NCBI GenBank assembly: GCA_040220235.1
Contig: JAVJTO010000017.1
From: Coleofasciculus sp. B1-GNL1-01
GTDB taxonomy: Bacteria; Cyanobacteriota; Cyanobacteriia; Cyanobacteriales; Coleofasciculaceae
Length of the DNA stretch: 64,000 nt
Direction: 5' to 3' (one strand)
Part shown: positions 1 to 8,953 of the stretch, in pieces
Layout of the letters: the number at the start of each line of letters is the position of its first letter
How positions within the stretch are numbered: the stretch's first letter is position 1
Made by a program: the position numbers and the translations under genes
The notes under the pieces: generated by a model
Databases searched by the model: none
The model's input: only the letters and a program-made list of their open reading frames with translations
What the model was told of the DNA's origin: nothing

Positions 1-830
1 AATATTATCAACAAGCTTTAGCCATTGCCCAAGATATTGGTGACTCTTCAGGAGAAGGTAAAACGCTCAACAATATTGGGTTAGTTTACTCCAACTTGGG
101 ACAATACCCAAAGGCGTTGGAGTCTTATCAACAAGCCTTAGCCATTGCCACGGAAATTGGTAACCGGGCATTGGAAGGGACAACGCTCAATAATATTGGG
201 GGAGTTTATCGCAATCTGGGACAGTACCCAAAAGCGTTGGAGAATTATCAACAAGCCTTAGCCATTCACACGGAAATTGGTGATAAGAGAAGAGAAGGTT
301 CGACGCTCAACAGTATTGGGTTAGTTTACTCCAACTTGGGACAATACCCACAAGCGTTGGAGTACTATCAACAAGCTTTAGCCATTGCCCAAGATATTGG
401 TGACTCTTCAGGAGAAGGTAAAACGCTCAACAATATTGGGGCAGTTTACGGCTACCTGGGAGAGTACCCACAAGCGTTGGAATATTATCAACAAGCCTTA
501 GCCATTCACAAGGAAATTGGTAACAAGGGAGGAGAAGGGACAACGCTCAACAATATTGGGGAAGTTTATCGCAATCTGGGACAGTACCCACAAGCGTTGG
601 AATCTTATCAAAAAGCCTTAGCCATTGCCACGGAAATTGGTAACAAGGGAGGAGAAGGGACAACGCTCAATAATATTGGGGGAGTTTACGCCGACCTAGG
701 ACAGTACCGACAAGCGTTGGAATCTCATCAAAAAGCCTTAGCCATTGCCACGGAAATTGGTAACCGGGCAGTAGAAGGTACAACGCTCAACAATATTGGG
801 TTGATTTACAATATACAAGGTAAGTATTCC
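1..830 (+). repeat. 120-bp intragenic tandem repeats encoding TPR units
   Basis: acgctcaa.aatattggg recurs every 120 bp (about 63, 183, 303, 423, 543, 663, 783). Confidence 0.9.
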
Positions 831-2204
831 CAAGCCGAAATCACCTTATTCGCAGCTATTGAGGTTTGGGAGTCACTGCGACAACGAAACTTAAAAGATG
901 ACCAGAAAATCTCCATTTTTGAACGGCAAGCGACTACCTACCTTTGGCTGCAATATGCCTTAGTCGCACAGAATAAAATTGACAAAGCCTTAGAAATTGC
1001 CGAACGCAGTCGCGGACGTGCCTTGGTGGAGTTATTAGACTCAAAACTCTCACAAAACCCCAGCAATCAACTCAATATCAAACCCCCAACCCTTCAAGAA
1101 ATTAAGCAAATTGCCTCTGAACAAAACGCCACACTGGTTCAGTATTCCACAATAGGGTATGAAGCTATCTACATCTGGGTTATCAAACCCACCGGAGAAA
1201 TTGCCTTTAAACAAGTAGACCTCAAATCCCTGAACACATCCCTACAAGAACTTGTTACCACCAGCCGTGATAATATTGGTGTCAGAGGTCGCAGTCTCTT
1301 CGATGTAACCGTCGTCAATCCCCAACCCGAAAACTCAACCGAAAAATTACGGCAACTCCATAAACTACTCATCGCCCCCATTGCCGACTTGCTACCCAAA
1401 GACCCCAACGAGCGAGTCATCTTCATCCCGCAAGCCTCCCTCTTTCTCGTCCCCTTCCCCGCCCTGCAAGACGAGCAAGGCAACTATTTAGTCGAAAAAC
1501 ATACCATCCTCACCGCACCCGCCATCCAAGTTCTCGACTTAACCCGCAAGCAGAAGCCAAACACTCAAAACTCAACCGGAGATGTGCTAGTCGTCGGCAA
1601 TCCTACCATGCCCAAAATCCAATTTGGGGAATTAGTTGCCAACTTAACTCCTCTCCCTGGTGCAGAACGAGAAGCCAATCAAATTGCCGACTTCTTCAAC
1701 ACCGAAGCCCTGATAGGTAGCCAAGCCACCAAAGCAGCAGTGATGGAGAAAATGCAGCAGGCACGCATCATTCATCTAGCCACCCACGGCTTACTCCATG
1801 ATTTTAAAGGCTTTGGCGTACCAGGAGCGATCGCCCTTGCCCCTTCCGGTAAACCTGATGATGTAGTTGATGGTTTACTCACCGCCGGGGAAATCTTCGA
1901 CATGAAACTCTCTGCTGATTTAGTCGTCCTCAGCGCTTGCGACACCGGGCGCGGCGACATAAAAGGAGATGGTGTCATTGGCTTATCTCGCTCGTTAATA
2001 TCTGCCGGAGTTCCCAGCATTTTAGTCTCCCTCTGGGCAGTTAACGATGATTCTACCGCCTTTTTAATGACAGAATTTTACCGCAATTTACAACAAAATC
2101 CTGACAAAGCCGTTGCCCTACGTCAGGCAATGCTGACAACAATGAAACAATATCCTAATCCTAAACAATGGGCAGCATTTACCCTCATCGGTGAGGCTGA
2201 GTAA
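1..2204 (+). CDS. TPR-repeat / CHAT (caspase-HetF-like) domain protein, 5' truncated by the window edge
   Basis: The frame is open from position 3. It has 40-aa TPR repeats (YQQALAI...EGTTLNNIG) followed by CHAT motifs IIHLATHG and LVVLSACDTG and the C-terminal WAAFTLIG. Confidence 0.95.
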   Translation, partial: YYQQALAIAQDIGDSSGEGKTLNNIGLVYSNLGQYPKALESYQQALAIATEIGNRALEGTTLNNIGGVYRNLGQYPKALENYQQALAIHTEIGDKRREGSTLNSIGLVYSNLGQYPQALEYYQQALAIAQDIGDSSGEGKTLNNIGAVYGYLGEYPQALEYYQQALAIHKEIGNKGGEGTTLNNIGEVYRNLGQYPQALESYQKALAIATEIGNKGGEGTTLNNIGGVYADLGQYRQALESHQKALAIATEIGNRAVEGTTLNNIGLIYNIQGKYSQAEITLFAAIEVWESLRQRNLKDDQKISIFERQATTYLWLQYALVAQNKIDKALEIAERSRGRALVELLDSKLSQNPSNQLNIKPPTLQEIKQIASEQNATLVQYSTIGYEAIYIWVIKPTGEIAFKQVDLKSLNTSLQELVTTSRDNIGVRGRSLFDVTVVNPQPENSTEKLRQLHKLLIAPIADLLPKDPNERVIFIPQASLFLVPFPALQDEQGNYLVEKHTILTAPAIQVLDLTRKQKPNTQNSTGDVLVVGNPTMPKIQFGELVANLTPLPGAEREANQIADFFNTEALIGSQATKAAVMEKMQQARIIHLATHGLLHDFKGFGVPGAIALAPSGKPDDVVDGLLTAGEIFDMKLSADLVVLSACDTGRGDIKGDGVIGLSRSLISAGVPSILVSLWAVNDDSTAFLMTEFYRNLQQNPDKAVALRQAMLTTMKQYPNPKQWAAFTLIGEAE

Positions 2205-2254
2205 TCAGCACAGAAGCGAACCCTTGGAACGAAACTCAACCCCATCGTTAGCCT

Positions 2255-2318
2255 GTTGGGTAACGCTTACGCTCTACCCAACCTACAAGAGCATTTTGGT
2301 AAAACTGACATGCTCCCG
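2255..2318. repeat. REP-like palindrome plus MITE end remnant
   Basis: gttgggtaacgcttacgctctacccaacctac is an imperfect hairpin ending in CTAC, followed by aaactgacatgctccc. Confidence 0.55.
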
Positions 2319-2374
2319 ATAGACAGTGCGATCGCGTGTGGATTAGAACTTGGAAAAGAAAACCTGTTTTCTTA

Positions 2375-2383
2375 TGTTATAAT
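2375..2383 (+). promoter_or_regulatory. Extended -10 promoter (TGnTATAAT)
   Basis: tgttataat is a perfect match, about 6 nt upstream of the structured element. Confidence 0.6.
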
Positions 2384-2389
2384 TTTATT

Positions 2390-2714
2390 CGGTCGTTGTA
2401 CCCACCTAGCTGACTAAGAGGCCACCCTTTGGGTATAAAGTATGTACTCGGCAGAGACTAGGGAATCAGAAAAGCCGCTGGATCTAAAGATGTCCATGCT
2501 GCTCTGCCCGTAAAATCGGAAAACCTTACAAGCTATCTAAGAATTTCTGCCTTGGGAATCAGGGCAGCTGCGTGGGTTCTCCCATTGAGGAGATAAAGGT
2601 TAGGTGACTAACCAGAAACGCTGAGTAAGACCAATATACTTTCGGGTATGGCGGCATCGGCGAATGAGACACGAAGCTTACATCATAATCTTCGATTTGA
2701 TGTAGGTAGTTCAC
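2390..2714 (+). ncRNA. Candidate structured ncRNA; IS200/IS605 TnpB omega-RNA-like element with no tnpB ORF
   Basis: Multiple stems, including GNRA and UUCG loops. The 3' end gaagc-ttacatca..tgatgtag-gtagttcac resembles cyanobacterial IS605/IS1341 right ends. No ORF of 60 aa or more. Confidence 0.6.
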
Positions 2715-2762
2715 ACTGTAATAGTAGAGCGATCGCTACTCTAGCCCTGAAACTATCTCCCC

Positions 2763-3485
2763 ATGACTTCCACCGTTCCCTCACCCAACTCCACTCTCCC
2801 CAACCATACCCAACTCCCCGAATCTGATGGTTCTTTTGTGAAGAATTTCCAAGAACATCCCCAAAGTATCCTATTAACGGATTCTATAGAACCTATTCTC
2901 CAAGAACGTCATCCTAACGGGCGTTATTGTATTGGTCAAGATTGCGGGATTTATTGGCGGATGACAGAACCCCCCGAACGCGGTGCAGAAGCACCCGATT
3001 GGTTCTATGTCCCGAATGTTTCGCCAACCCTCAATGGTCAAGTACGGCGTTCCTACGTCCTTTGGCAAGAGTTAATTCCTCCATTTATTGTCTTAGAATT
3101 TGCATCAGGGAACGGCGCAGAGGAAAGAGATAGAACCCCTTTATTTCCAGAAGAAGGCGGAATGCAAAAGCCAGGTAAATTCTGGATTTACGAACAAGTG
3201 ATTCGTCCAGCATTTTACGGCATTTATGAAGTCAGCCGTGCCAGTATTGAAGTCTATCACTTGATCGAAGGTCAGTATCAGGTCATTCCAGCCAACGAAC
3301 GAGGTCATTACGCGATCGCACCTTTAGGACTAGAATTGGGAATTTGGCAGGGACAGTATCAGAATATCGAATTACCGTGGCTGCGCTGGTGGGATGACCA
3401 AGGCAATCTTCTGTTAACAGGTCGTGAACGATCAGAACGGTTAGCTGCACAGTTACGAGCTGCGGGGATTGAACCTGAAGTTTAG
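2763..3485 (+). CDS. Uma2 family (DUF820) PD-(D/E)xK endonuclease-like protein
   Basis: LPESDG..VKNFQEHPQS, APDWFYVP, VLEFASG and WLRWWD..GNLL motifs. Confidence 0.9.
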   Translation: MTSTVPSPNSTLPNHTQLPESDGSFVKNFQEHPQSILLTDSIEPILQERHPNGRYCIGQDCGIYWRMTEPPERGAEAPDWFYVPNVSPTLNGQVRRSYVLWQELIPPFIVLEFASGNGAEERDRTPLFPEEGGMQKPGKFWIYEQVIRPAFYGIYEVSRASIEVYHLIEGQYQVIPANERGHYAIAPLGLELGIWQGQYQNIELPWLRWWDDQGNLLLTGRERSERLAAQLRAAGIEPEV

Positions 3486-3531
3486 GAAATCGCCCAGACT
3501 CCAAGATATGCGATCGCACAGAGAAAAGAGT

Positions 3532-3891
3532 TCAAAAATTTCCATAGAAGTTTTGGATAAAAGACTCCAACAATTCTTTCACCTCAACCACACCACTGAC
3601 CAAACGATCATAGTCCGTAGCACTCAGCAATTCCAACTCATAACACAGCAGCAGATAATACTCCACCTCAATCGCCGAATCCCTCGCCAGCCGCAGGAAG
3701 CTGAGTCTGTCTTCCGCCTCCTCGCGATCGCACCCCTGAGCAATTTTAATCGGAATCGCTGCACAAGCCAGACGAATCTGTTGAGTTAACCCCAGTAATT
3801 CCTCTTCCGGAAACCCTCTAGTCACCTGATAAACCTCAACGGTTAACTCGTGGGCTTTATTCCATTCTTTCAACTTACGAAAATCCGTCAT
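3532..3891 (-). CDS. Four-helix bundle protein (23S rRNA IVS / S23-like family)
   Basis: DFRKLKEW.KAH.L..EVY.VT.GFPEEE..GLT.QIR pattern. Confidence 0.85.
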   Translation of the reverse strand: MTDFRKLKEWNKAHELTVEVYQVTRGFPEEELLGLTQQIRLACAAIPIKIAQGCDREEAEDRLSFLRLARDSAIEVEYYLLLCYELELLSATDYDRLVSGVVEVKELLESFIQNFYGNF

Positions 3892-3978
3892 CCTTCAAAT
3901 TCTCCTTTGCTCATCAATTGGCTAAATTGTTCATCATTCATAGCGAAAAAAACCATGAACAATGAACAATCAACCCGT

Positions 3979-6225
3979 TTACGGCACTTGTAACCCCACC
4001 AATTTATCCTCTGGGATATAACTGCGGAACATGCCATTATCCGCAGAAACCATTACCAACTGCAGCAGATAATCCGGTTCCACCTGCAAATCTGCCCAGG
4101 GAACAGCCACTTCTAAACACTGCTTCAGCGCAACTTGGGCGCGACTTTTGCGGGGATGCCAGTGATAGTATTCTCCGGCTTCTTCTAACCACGTCGAACC
4201 CGTTAACAAATTAATCCCTAAATGGTGGTGAAATAAATAGTTTACCGGGGCAGTATCAGGAACCTCAGCTAAAGGGGCTGGACTATTGTGAACCGTGCGA
4301 TTCGGATAAAACCATAATAAATGCAATTCCGGGGGAATATCCTGACCAATTTGAATCCCGGCTTGAAAATCCAATCGCAGGTAAAAATTCAGGTGATCCA
4401 AACCATACCATAACCGCTGAATCACACTACTGCGGTGCATCGTTCCCCGTGCGCCACCTACTTCGATCCGACCCGCTTTATCCCAATCTTGCTCATCGCC
4501 AAAGCCATCAATCACTGGATGAATAAAACTCAGAGGTCGGTGATCGCCTTTCGATTCGTAGGTGTCTAGAGGTTGCTTGAGACTGGCAGGAATTGGTTCA
4601 TTTAATGCCTGATAAATCCCAGTCAAATGTTCCCGGAATAACTGGTCAAAAATAGCATCTTGGTTGGATGAATGACCCTCACCAAACCACCAAAACCAAT
4701 CTGAACCTTCCGCCGCATATAAGGCTTCCCAGACTTCCGGATTGTTGTCTGGTGTGGCTTCAGGATGATTGGCTAAGGTTTGCCGCGCTTGGGTGAGTAA
4801 ATCCCATGCCCGATTCTTCACGGGGTCACCAATCCAAGTGCTAAAACTACCATCCACCCATGATCCACTATGCAGTCGATCGGCTGGAAGTGTAGCATTA
4901 GGAGGAAACTGATCCAGAAATTCCGACACCGTAACCAATTTTATCTGCGGATGCGCCGAGAGTTTTTCATACAGTGAGGTAAGGAAAGGAATCCCGTCTT
5001 TTTGGTAAAATTCCCAGCAATTCTCTCCATCCAAGGCAATGGTTACTAGCCACGGTTGATCTAATCCAGTCCCTCCCTCTTGCTGTAGGCGTTTAATCGA
5101 ACGGGAAATCGCTTCTAAGTGGCTGACAAAATCCGTTGACGCCTGCTTGGGTTCCATTGATCCGTAGGAAAAGCCAATTAAATCCGATAAGCGGTGATCC
5201 CGAAACACAATTGCCAAATTCCCCTGGGGTGTCTCTAAGCGATAGGGGCGATAGAGTAACGTGGGTTCCATCAGGGTTCCGGTTTCATCCCGGTGGAAAA
5301 AGTGCTGCACTGTCCACCCCAATACCGCCTCATCGGAACAAATCCACTTAAATCCTGCCTCGGCGATATAGGGTAGAATGGCTGGACTCACCGACTGTTC
5401 TGAGGGCCACAAGCCGCGTGGTGTGCGTCCAAATCGTTCTTCATACATCTGCCACGCTTTTTGCAGGTGACGGGGAATATCTTCTTCCCACCGAAAACGC
5501 TGTAGGGGTAAAGTCATATCCGGAATCGCCACCCGTCCGGAATCGGTATTTGCCAGTAAGGGTAAAATCGGGTGAGTATAGGGCGTTGTTGTCACCTCCA
5601 ACTGACCCGCCTCTTGCATCTGGCGATGTTGAGGGATGATGCGCTTAAGGATATCTCGTTGTTTAGAATAAATCCGCTGGCGATCGCTTAATGTAAAGTT
5701 TCGTCCTTTTTCCAACCAAGCGGCAATTTCTGGGTCATCCCAAAATATTGGGTCAATCCACGCCAAGTTATGCCATGCCAGTAAATCGCTGAAATCCTGA
5801 TGCGTCCAATGATCTGCACACCAAGTTTTCCCTTTTTCTTGCCGCATCTCGTATAGTTCGGCATATCGAGGATGGGGGTCAATCAGGGTGCGGTGATTGG
5901 CATCAAAAAAATGCTCAACGATAAACTGTCGTTGATCCAGCTTGAGTTGGTCGGTTGGCGTCAGGGTCAACTCCAGATAGGGGTCAAAGGCTGTCCCCGC
6001 CATGTAATCTTCCAACTGCAAAATCAGCGACGGCACCAAGTTGACCGTTTGGTGTAACTTAGGATAGCGCTCTAACAATAGCACTAAATCCAAATAATCT
6101 TTCGTCCCATGCAGCCGCGCCCAAGGGAGGCGATACCGTCCATTTGAGCCGGACACGCTGTTGCGACTTTTATAGAGAGGTTGATGCTGATGCCAGATAA
6201 AGGCGACGTATAACGGATGACTCAT
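3979..6225 (-). CDS. Glycoside hydrolase family 57 (amylopullulanase/branching-type)
   Basis: WHQHQP, HPILPL, GLWPSEQ, LDGENCWE and AEGSDWFWW motifs. Confidence 0.95.
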   Translation of the reverse strand: MSHPLYVAFIWHQHQPLYKSRNSVSGSNGRYRLPWARLHGTKDYLDLVLLLERYPKLHQTVNLVPSLILQLEDYMAGTAFDPYLELTLTPTDQLKLDQRQFIVEHFFDANHRTLIDPHPRYAELYEMRQEKGKTWCADHWTHQDFSDLLAWHNLAWIDPIFWDDPEIAAWLEKGRNFTLSDRQRIYSKQRDILKRIIPQHRQMQEAGQLEVTTTPYTHPILPLLANTDSGRVAIPDMTLPLQRFRWEEDIPRHLQKAWQMYEERFGRTPRGLWPSEQSVSPAILPYIAEAGFKWICSDEAVLGWTVQHFFHRDETGTLMEPTLLYRPYRLETPQGNLAIVFRDHRLSDLIGFSYGSMEPKQASTDFVSHLEAISRSIKRLQQEGGTGLDQPWLVTIALDGENCWEFYQKDGIPFLTSLYEKLSAHPQIKLVTVSEFLDQFPPNATLPADRLHSGSWVDGSFSTWIGDPVKNRAWDLLTQARQTLANHPEATPDNNPEVWEALYAAEGSDWFWWFGEGHSSNQDAIFDQLFREHLTGIYQALNEPIPASLKQPLDTYESKGDHRPLSFIHPVIDGFGDEQDWDKAGRIEVGGARGTMHRSSVIQRLWYGLDHLNFYLRLDFQAGIQIGQDIPPELHLLWFYPNRTVHNSPAPLAEVPDTAPVNYLFHHHLGINLLTGSTWLEEAGEYYHWHPRKSRAQVALKQCLEVAVPWADLQVEPDYLLQLVMVSADNGMFRSYIPEDKLVGLQVP

Positions 6226-6327
6226 CGTTAATAGTAAACGTTAAGGGTCTAGAGTTTAGGTGTGAAGAGGGGGTTCTCTCACTTTATAACTCTTAACCCT
6301 TAACGCCAAACTAAAAACGCAGAATAA

Positions 6328-6582
6328 TTACATGACTTGTTCAACTTCCACGATTTCCGGGATAAATTCCCGTAAGCGGCGTTCAATACCCATTTTCAGG
6401 GTCATGGCAGAACTGGGACAAGACCCACAAGCACCTTGTAGCCGCAGTTTTACAATCGGACCGTCGATTTCAACTAAATCAACGTTACCGCCATCAGCCA
6501 TCAGGTAAGGACGCAATTCATCGAGGACAGCTTCGACATTTTCCGAGGTTAATGCTAAGGGGGGAGATAGTGTTTGAGCCAT
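6328..6582 (-). CDS. nfuA: NifU-like (Nfu) Fe-S cluster scaffold
   Basis: [12 protein letters not shown] and [11 protein letters not shown] (CxxC). Confidence 0.9.
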   Translation of the reverse strand: MAQTLSPPLALTSENVEAVLDELRPYLMADGGNVDLVEIDGPIVKLRLQGACGSCPSSAMTLKMGIERRLREFIPEIVEVEQVM

Positions 6583-6821
6583 AATTCACCGAGTTTGACA
6601 GCACAACTACGTCAATCCTAGCGTTCTTTGAGCATTTTGAATGGTTGTCATCCTATAGCCCAAGGCAGAAGGCAAAAGAGTCCTTACTGGTACCTTCTCG
6701 TTTCAGCCGTCAAGAACGTTCTCACCTGTATGGCGACAGGTATACCTTGAACTTGAATAAAATTTGGTGTATGAACCAATAGTTTGTTGGACTTATCGGG
6801 ATTGTCAGGATTATCGGGGTT

Positions 6822-7114
6822 GTAGGGGCGAGTCGCTGCATATCGTAGGTGGTGTGAGAATTAATCTATCTCGACTCGCCCTTTTCTAAAGGTACGCGGT
6901 GTCCGATAATTCCTGATCAGCCGTCATGCATTTAAATTGGGTATTAGTAGCGAGCAAGATGCAAAGCCTGCGGCATGGCTTCGCTAAACGCACTACAAGG
7001 ATTTCGTCATTATTGACATTAAGGTTTAAATGCCGAACAGTTTACCTGATGCAGGGCGACCCGATAAAATTAAGGGTTGGGCGATATTAATTGTATGCGG
7101 CGGGTCGCCCCTAC
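6822..7114. mobile_element. Composite REP-doublet element (inverted copy at 55555-55811) with a nested MITE
   Basis: gtaggggcgagtcg...cgactcgccc and gggcgacccg...cgggtcgcccctac match the reverse complement of 55555-55811. Confidence 0.8.
6917..7044 (+). mobile_element. MITE family A copy carrying a 27-bp insert
   Basis: gtcatgcatttaaattggg...tttaaatgccgaacag, shared with the copies at 12685, 38756, 45886 and 60814. Confidence 0.85.
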
Positions 7115-7214
7115 AATATATCCTGTAACTACCTCTGACCCAAAAAACAGCAAAATCTAACACTTCCTGTCGGCGTTCCTCAGACAAGCGATTCACGATC
7201 GCTTTCCATTTCAT
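7115..7214 (-). pseudogene. Probable truncated DUF2281-like small protein
   Basis: LSEERRQEVLDFAVF resembles the DUF2281 N-terminus, and the frame then runs into repeat DNA. Confidence 0.45.
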
Positions 7215-8239
7215 CTCACACTCAGGGACGAGTTAGGTACTTTCGCCAAGGCTTCCCGCATTACTTCAGAACCTACACCCGGAATACAAGATTTTTCGGT
7301 TAAATGTCGCTTCCAAGCACGACTTCCAGGTTGTCCAGAAAATAATTGCAGGATATGGCGGGTAATTTTATTCAACTTCAATCCTTTTGCCACCCAATGA
7401 TCAATATAATCCAACATCCCTTCCACAACCTGATGGCGAGTTGGCGCTATACCTTCCTGACCAAATATCTGACAATCAGCTTGAGCAAATAGATAAGGAT
7501 TATCGTAGGCGGCGCGTCCAATCATTACCGCATCGACAAATTTTAACTGTTCCTGTACCTGTTCTAAACTCGTAAATCCGCCGTTAATCTCAATAAATAA
7601 CTGGGGAAATTCTTGTTTTAGGCGATGCACATCACTATACCGTAAAGGCGGAACTGTGCGATTTTCCTTGGGACTTAATCCCTGTAACCACGCCTTCCGC
7701 GCATGGACACTAAAGTGTTGACATCCGGCTTCTGAGACAATACGGACAAAGTTTGCCATGTCCTCATAGCGATCGCACTCATCTATGCCAATCCGATGCT
7801 TGACGGTAACTGGTATTGTAACCGCCTGAATCATCGCTTCCACCCCCCGCGCCACCCGTTCCGGTTGCGCCATCAGACAAGCACCAAAGTTCCCATTTTG
7901 CACGCGATCGCTCGGACATCCTACGTTAAGATTAATCTGGTCATACCCCATCCCTTCAGCAATTCGGGCGCATTCGGCAAGTTCTAGGGGATTATCTCCC
8001 CCCACTTGCAGCACTAAGGGTTTCTCTTCGGGGGAAAAACCCAACAGGCGATCGCGATCGCCATGTATAATTGCTGCACTGGTTACCATCTCGGTATAGA
8101 GGAGAGTGCAGCGGGTAATCTGGCGCATAAAATACCGAAAATGGCGATCCGTGCGATCCATCATCGGTGCAATACTTAACGGATAAGTTACCGGGATGGT
8201 GTGAGGTTGAGGTAGAACGACGGTATTGGAACTGACCAT
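7211..8239 (-). CDS. dusA: tRNA-dihydrouridine(20/20a) synthase
   Basis: SIAPMMDRTDRHFR, NLNVGCPSDRVQNG.FGACLM and HARKAWLQGLSPKENR. Confidence 0.95.
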   Translation of the reverse strand: MVSSNTVVLPQPHTIPVTYPLSIAPMMDRTDRHFRYFMRQITRCTLLYTEMVTSAAIIHGDRDRLLGFSPEEKPLVLQVGGDNPLELAECARIAEGMGYDQINLNVGCPSDRVQNGNFGACLMAQPERVARGVEAMIQAVTIPVTVKHRIGIDECDRYEDMANFVRIVSEAGCQHFSVHARKAWLQGLSPKENRTVPPLRYSDVHRLKQEFPQLFIEINGGFTSLEQVQEQLKFVDAVMIGRAAYDNPYLFAQADCQIFGQEGIAPTRHQVVEGMLDYIDHWVAKGLKLNKITRHILQLFSGQPGSRAWKRHLTEKSCIPGVGSEVMREALAKVPNSSLSVR

Positions 8240-8354
8240 TGGGTTGTAGAATTTGTCTGGATGCGATCGCGGTTTGTATCAGATCCAGACTAACAACTCA
8301 GGGACTTCCCAAACATATAGCAGACAAGCTACTTAAGTGAACGACAACACCTGA

Positions 8355-8588
8355 TCACGATCGATCTTCAATCCCAATCGTTAAATCTTCTAACGCTTGT
8401 TCGACTTCACCCAATTCCTGTTCCGTGGATGGATCAAGTTCCTCTGTCGCCTCTGAGTCAGTATCGGCTTCATAGCTTTCCATCACCTCATTAACAGCAT
8501 CTTTGTTCAATGTGGGATCGTGGGTAACGCGGGTAGCATCCTGATTTTGGCGGATTGACTGTTCCTTTGTCATGGGTAATTGATTCAT
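8355..8588 (-). CDS. Small acidic hypothetical protein
   Basis: 77-aa ATG-started ORF preceded by aagga; acidic composition. Confidence 0.6.
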   Translation of the reverse strand: MNQLPMTKEQSIRQNQDATRVTHDPTLNKDAVNEVMESYEADTDSEATEELDPSTEQELGEVEQALEDLTIGIEDRS

Positions 8589-8953
8589 CTGTTCGCTTTT
8601 CCTTTATCAGGATGACTCCAATCCATGCCATAATCATCTATCTTCAGCTTGAGAGCGATCCTTCCCCCTAACGCTGGACAACTGTGGACACAGCCATTCG
8701 GTGTGACAGATTCGGTGTGACAGATATAGCAGTTCGCTCTGGTGTATTTACAACTCCCTTACCTGAAGCTGAGTCCAGATGAGATGTTCGTACAAACAAA
8801 GTGTAACTAGACCAGCGCGAAGCGCTATAGCCAGTCTGAGCTAATGTTATGTTAATGCAGCATGGCAGAAATAACTGACCCGCTAAAATCTCCCCTGTTT
8901 CCCCTGCTTCCATAGAGATGCTCAGAAACGTTTGCCTTCATGCACCATCCTCA

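Noticed and set aside
1..830. TPR repeat variation as a diversity-generating retroelement target
   Set aside because: There is no reverse transcriptase or template repeat in the window, and differences are not adenine-specific. Ordinary tandem TPR duplication explains it.
2445..2570. Group I intron (gcagagacta resembles the R element; gggaatcag resembles Q)
   Set aside because: The motifs are in the wrong order, there is no proper S element (AAGAUAUAGUCC), and no interrupted host gene or tRNA exons are present.
2763..3891. Uma2 + four-helix-bundle genes as a toxin-antitoxin or defence pair
   Set aside because: They are convergent, and both belong to large, scattered paralogue families in cyanobacteria. 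Nothing links them functionally.
8668..8913. 81-aa ORF and the short direct repeat attcggtgtgacagat at about 8696-8725
   Set aside because: The ORF has no recognisable protein features and its start lies in repeat-like DNA. A two-copy duplication alone is too weak to call a feature.
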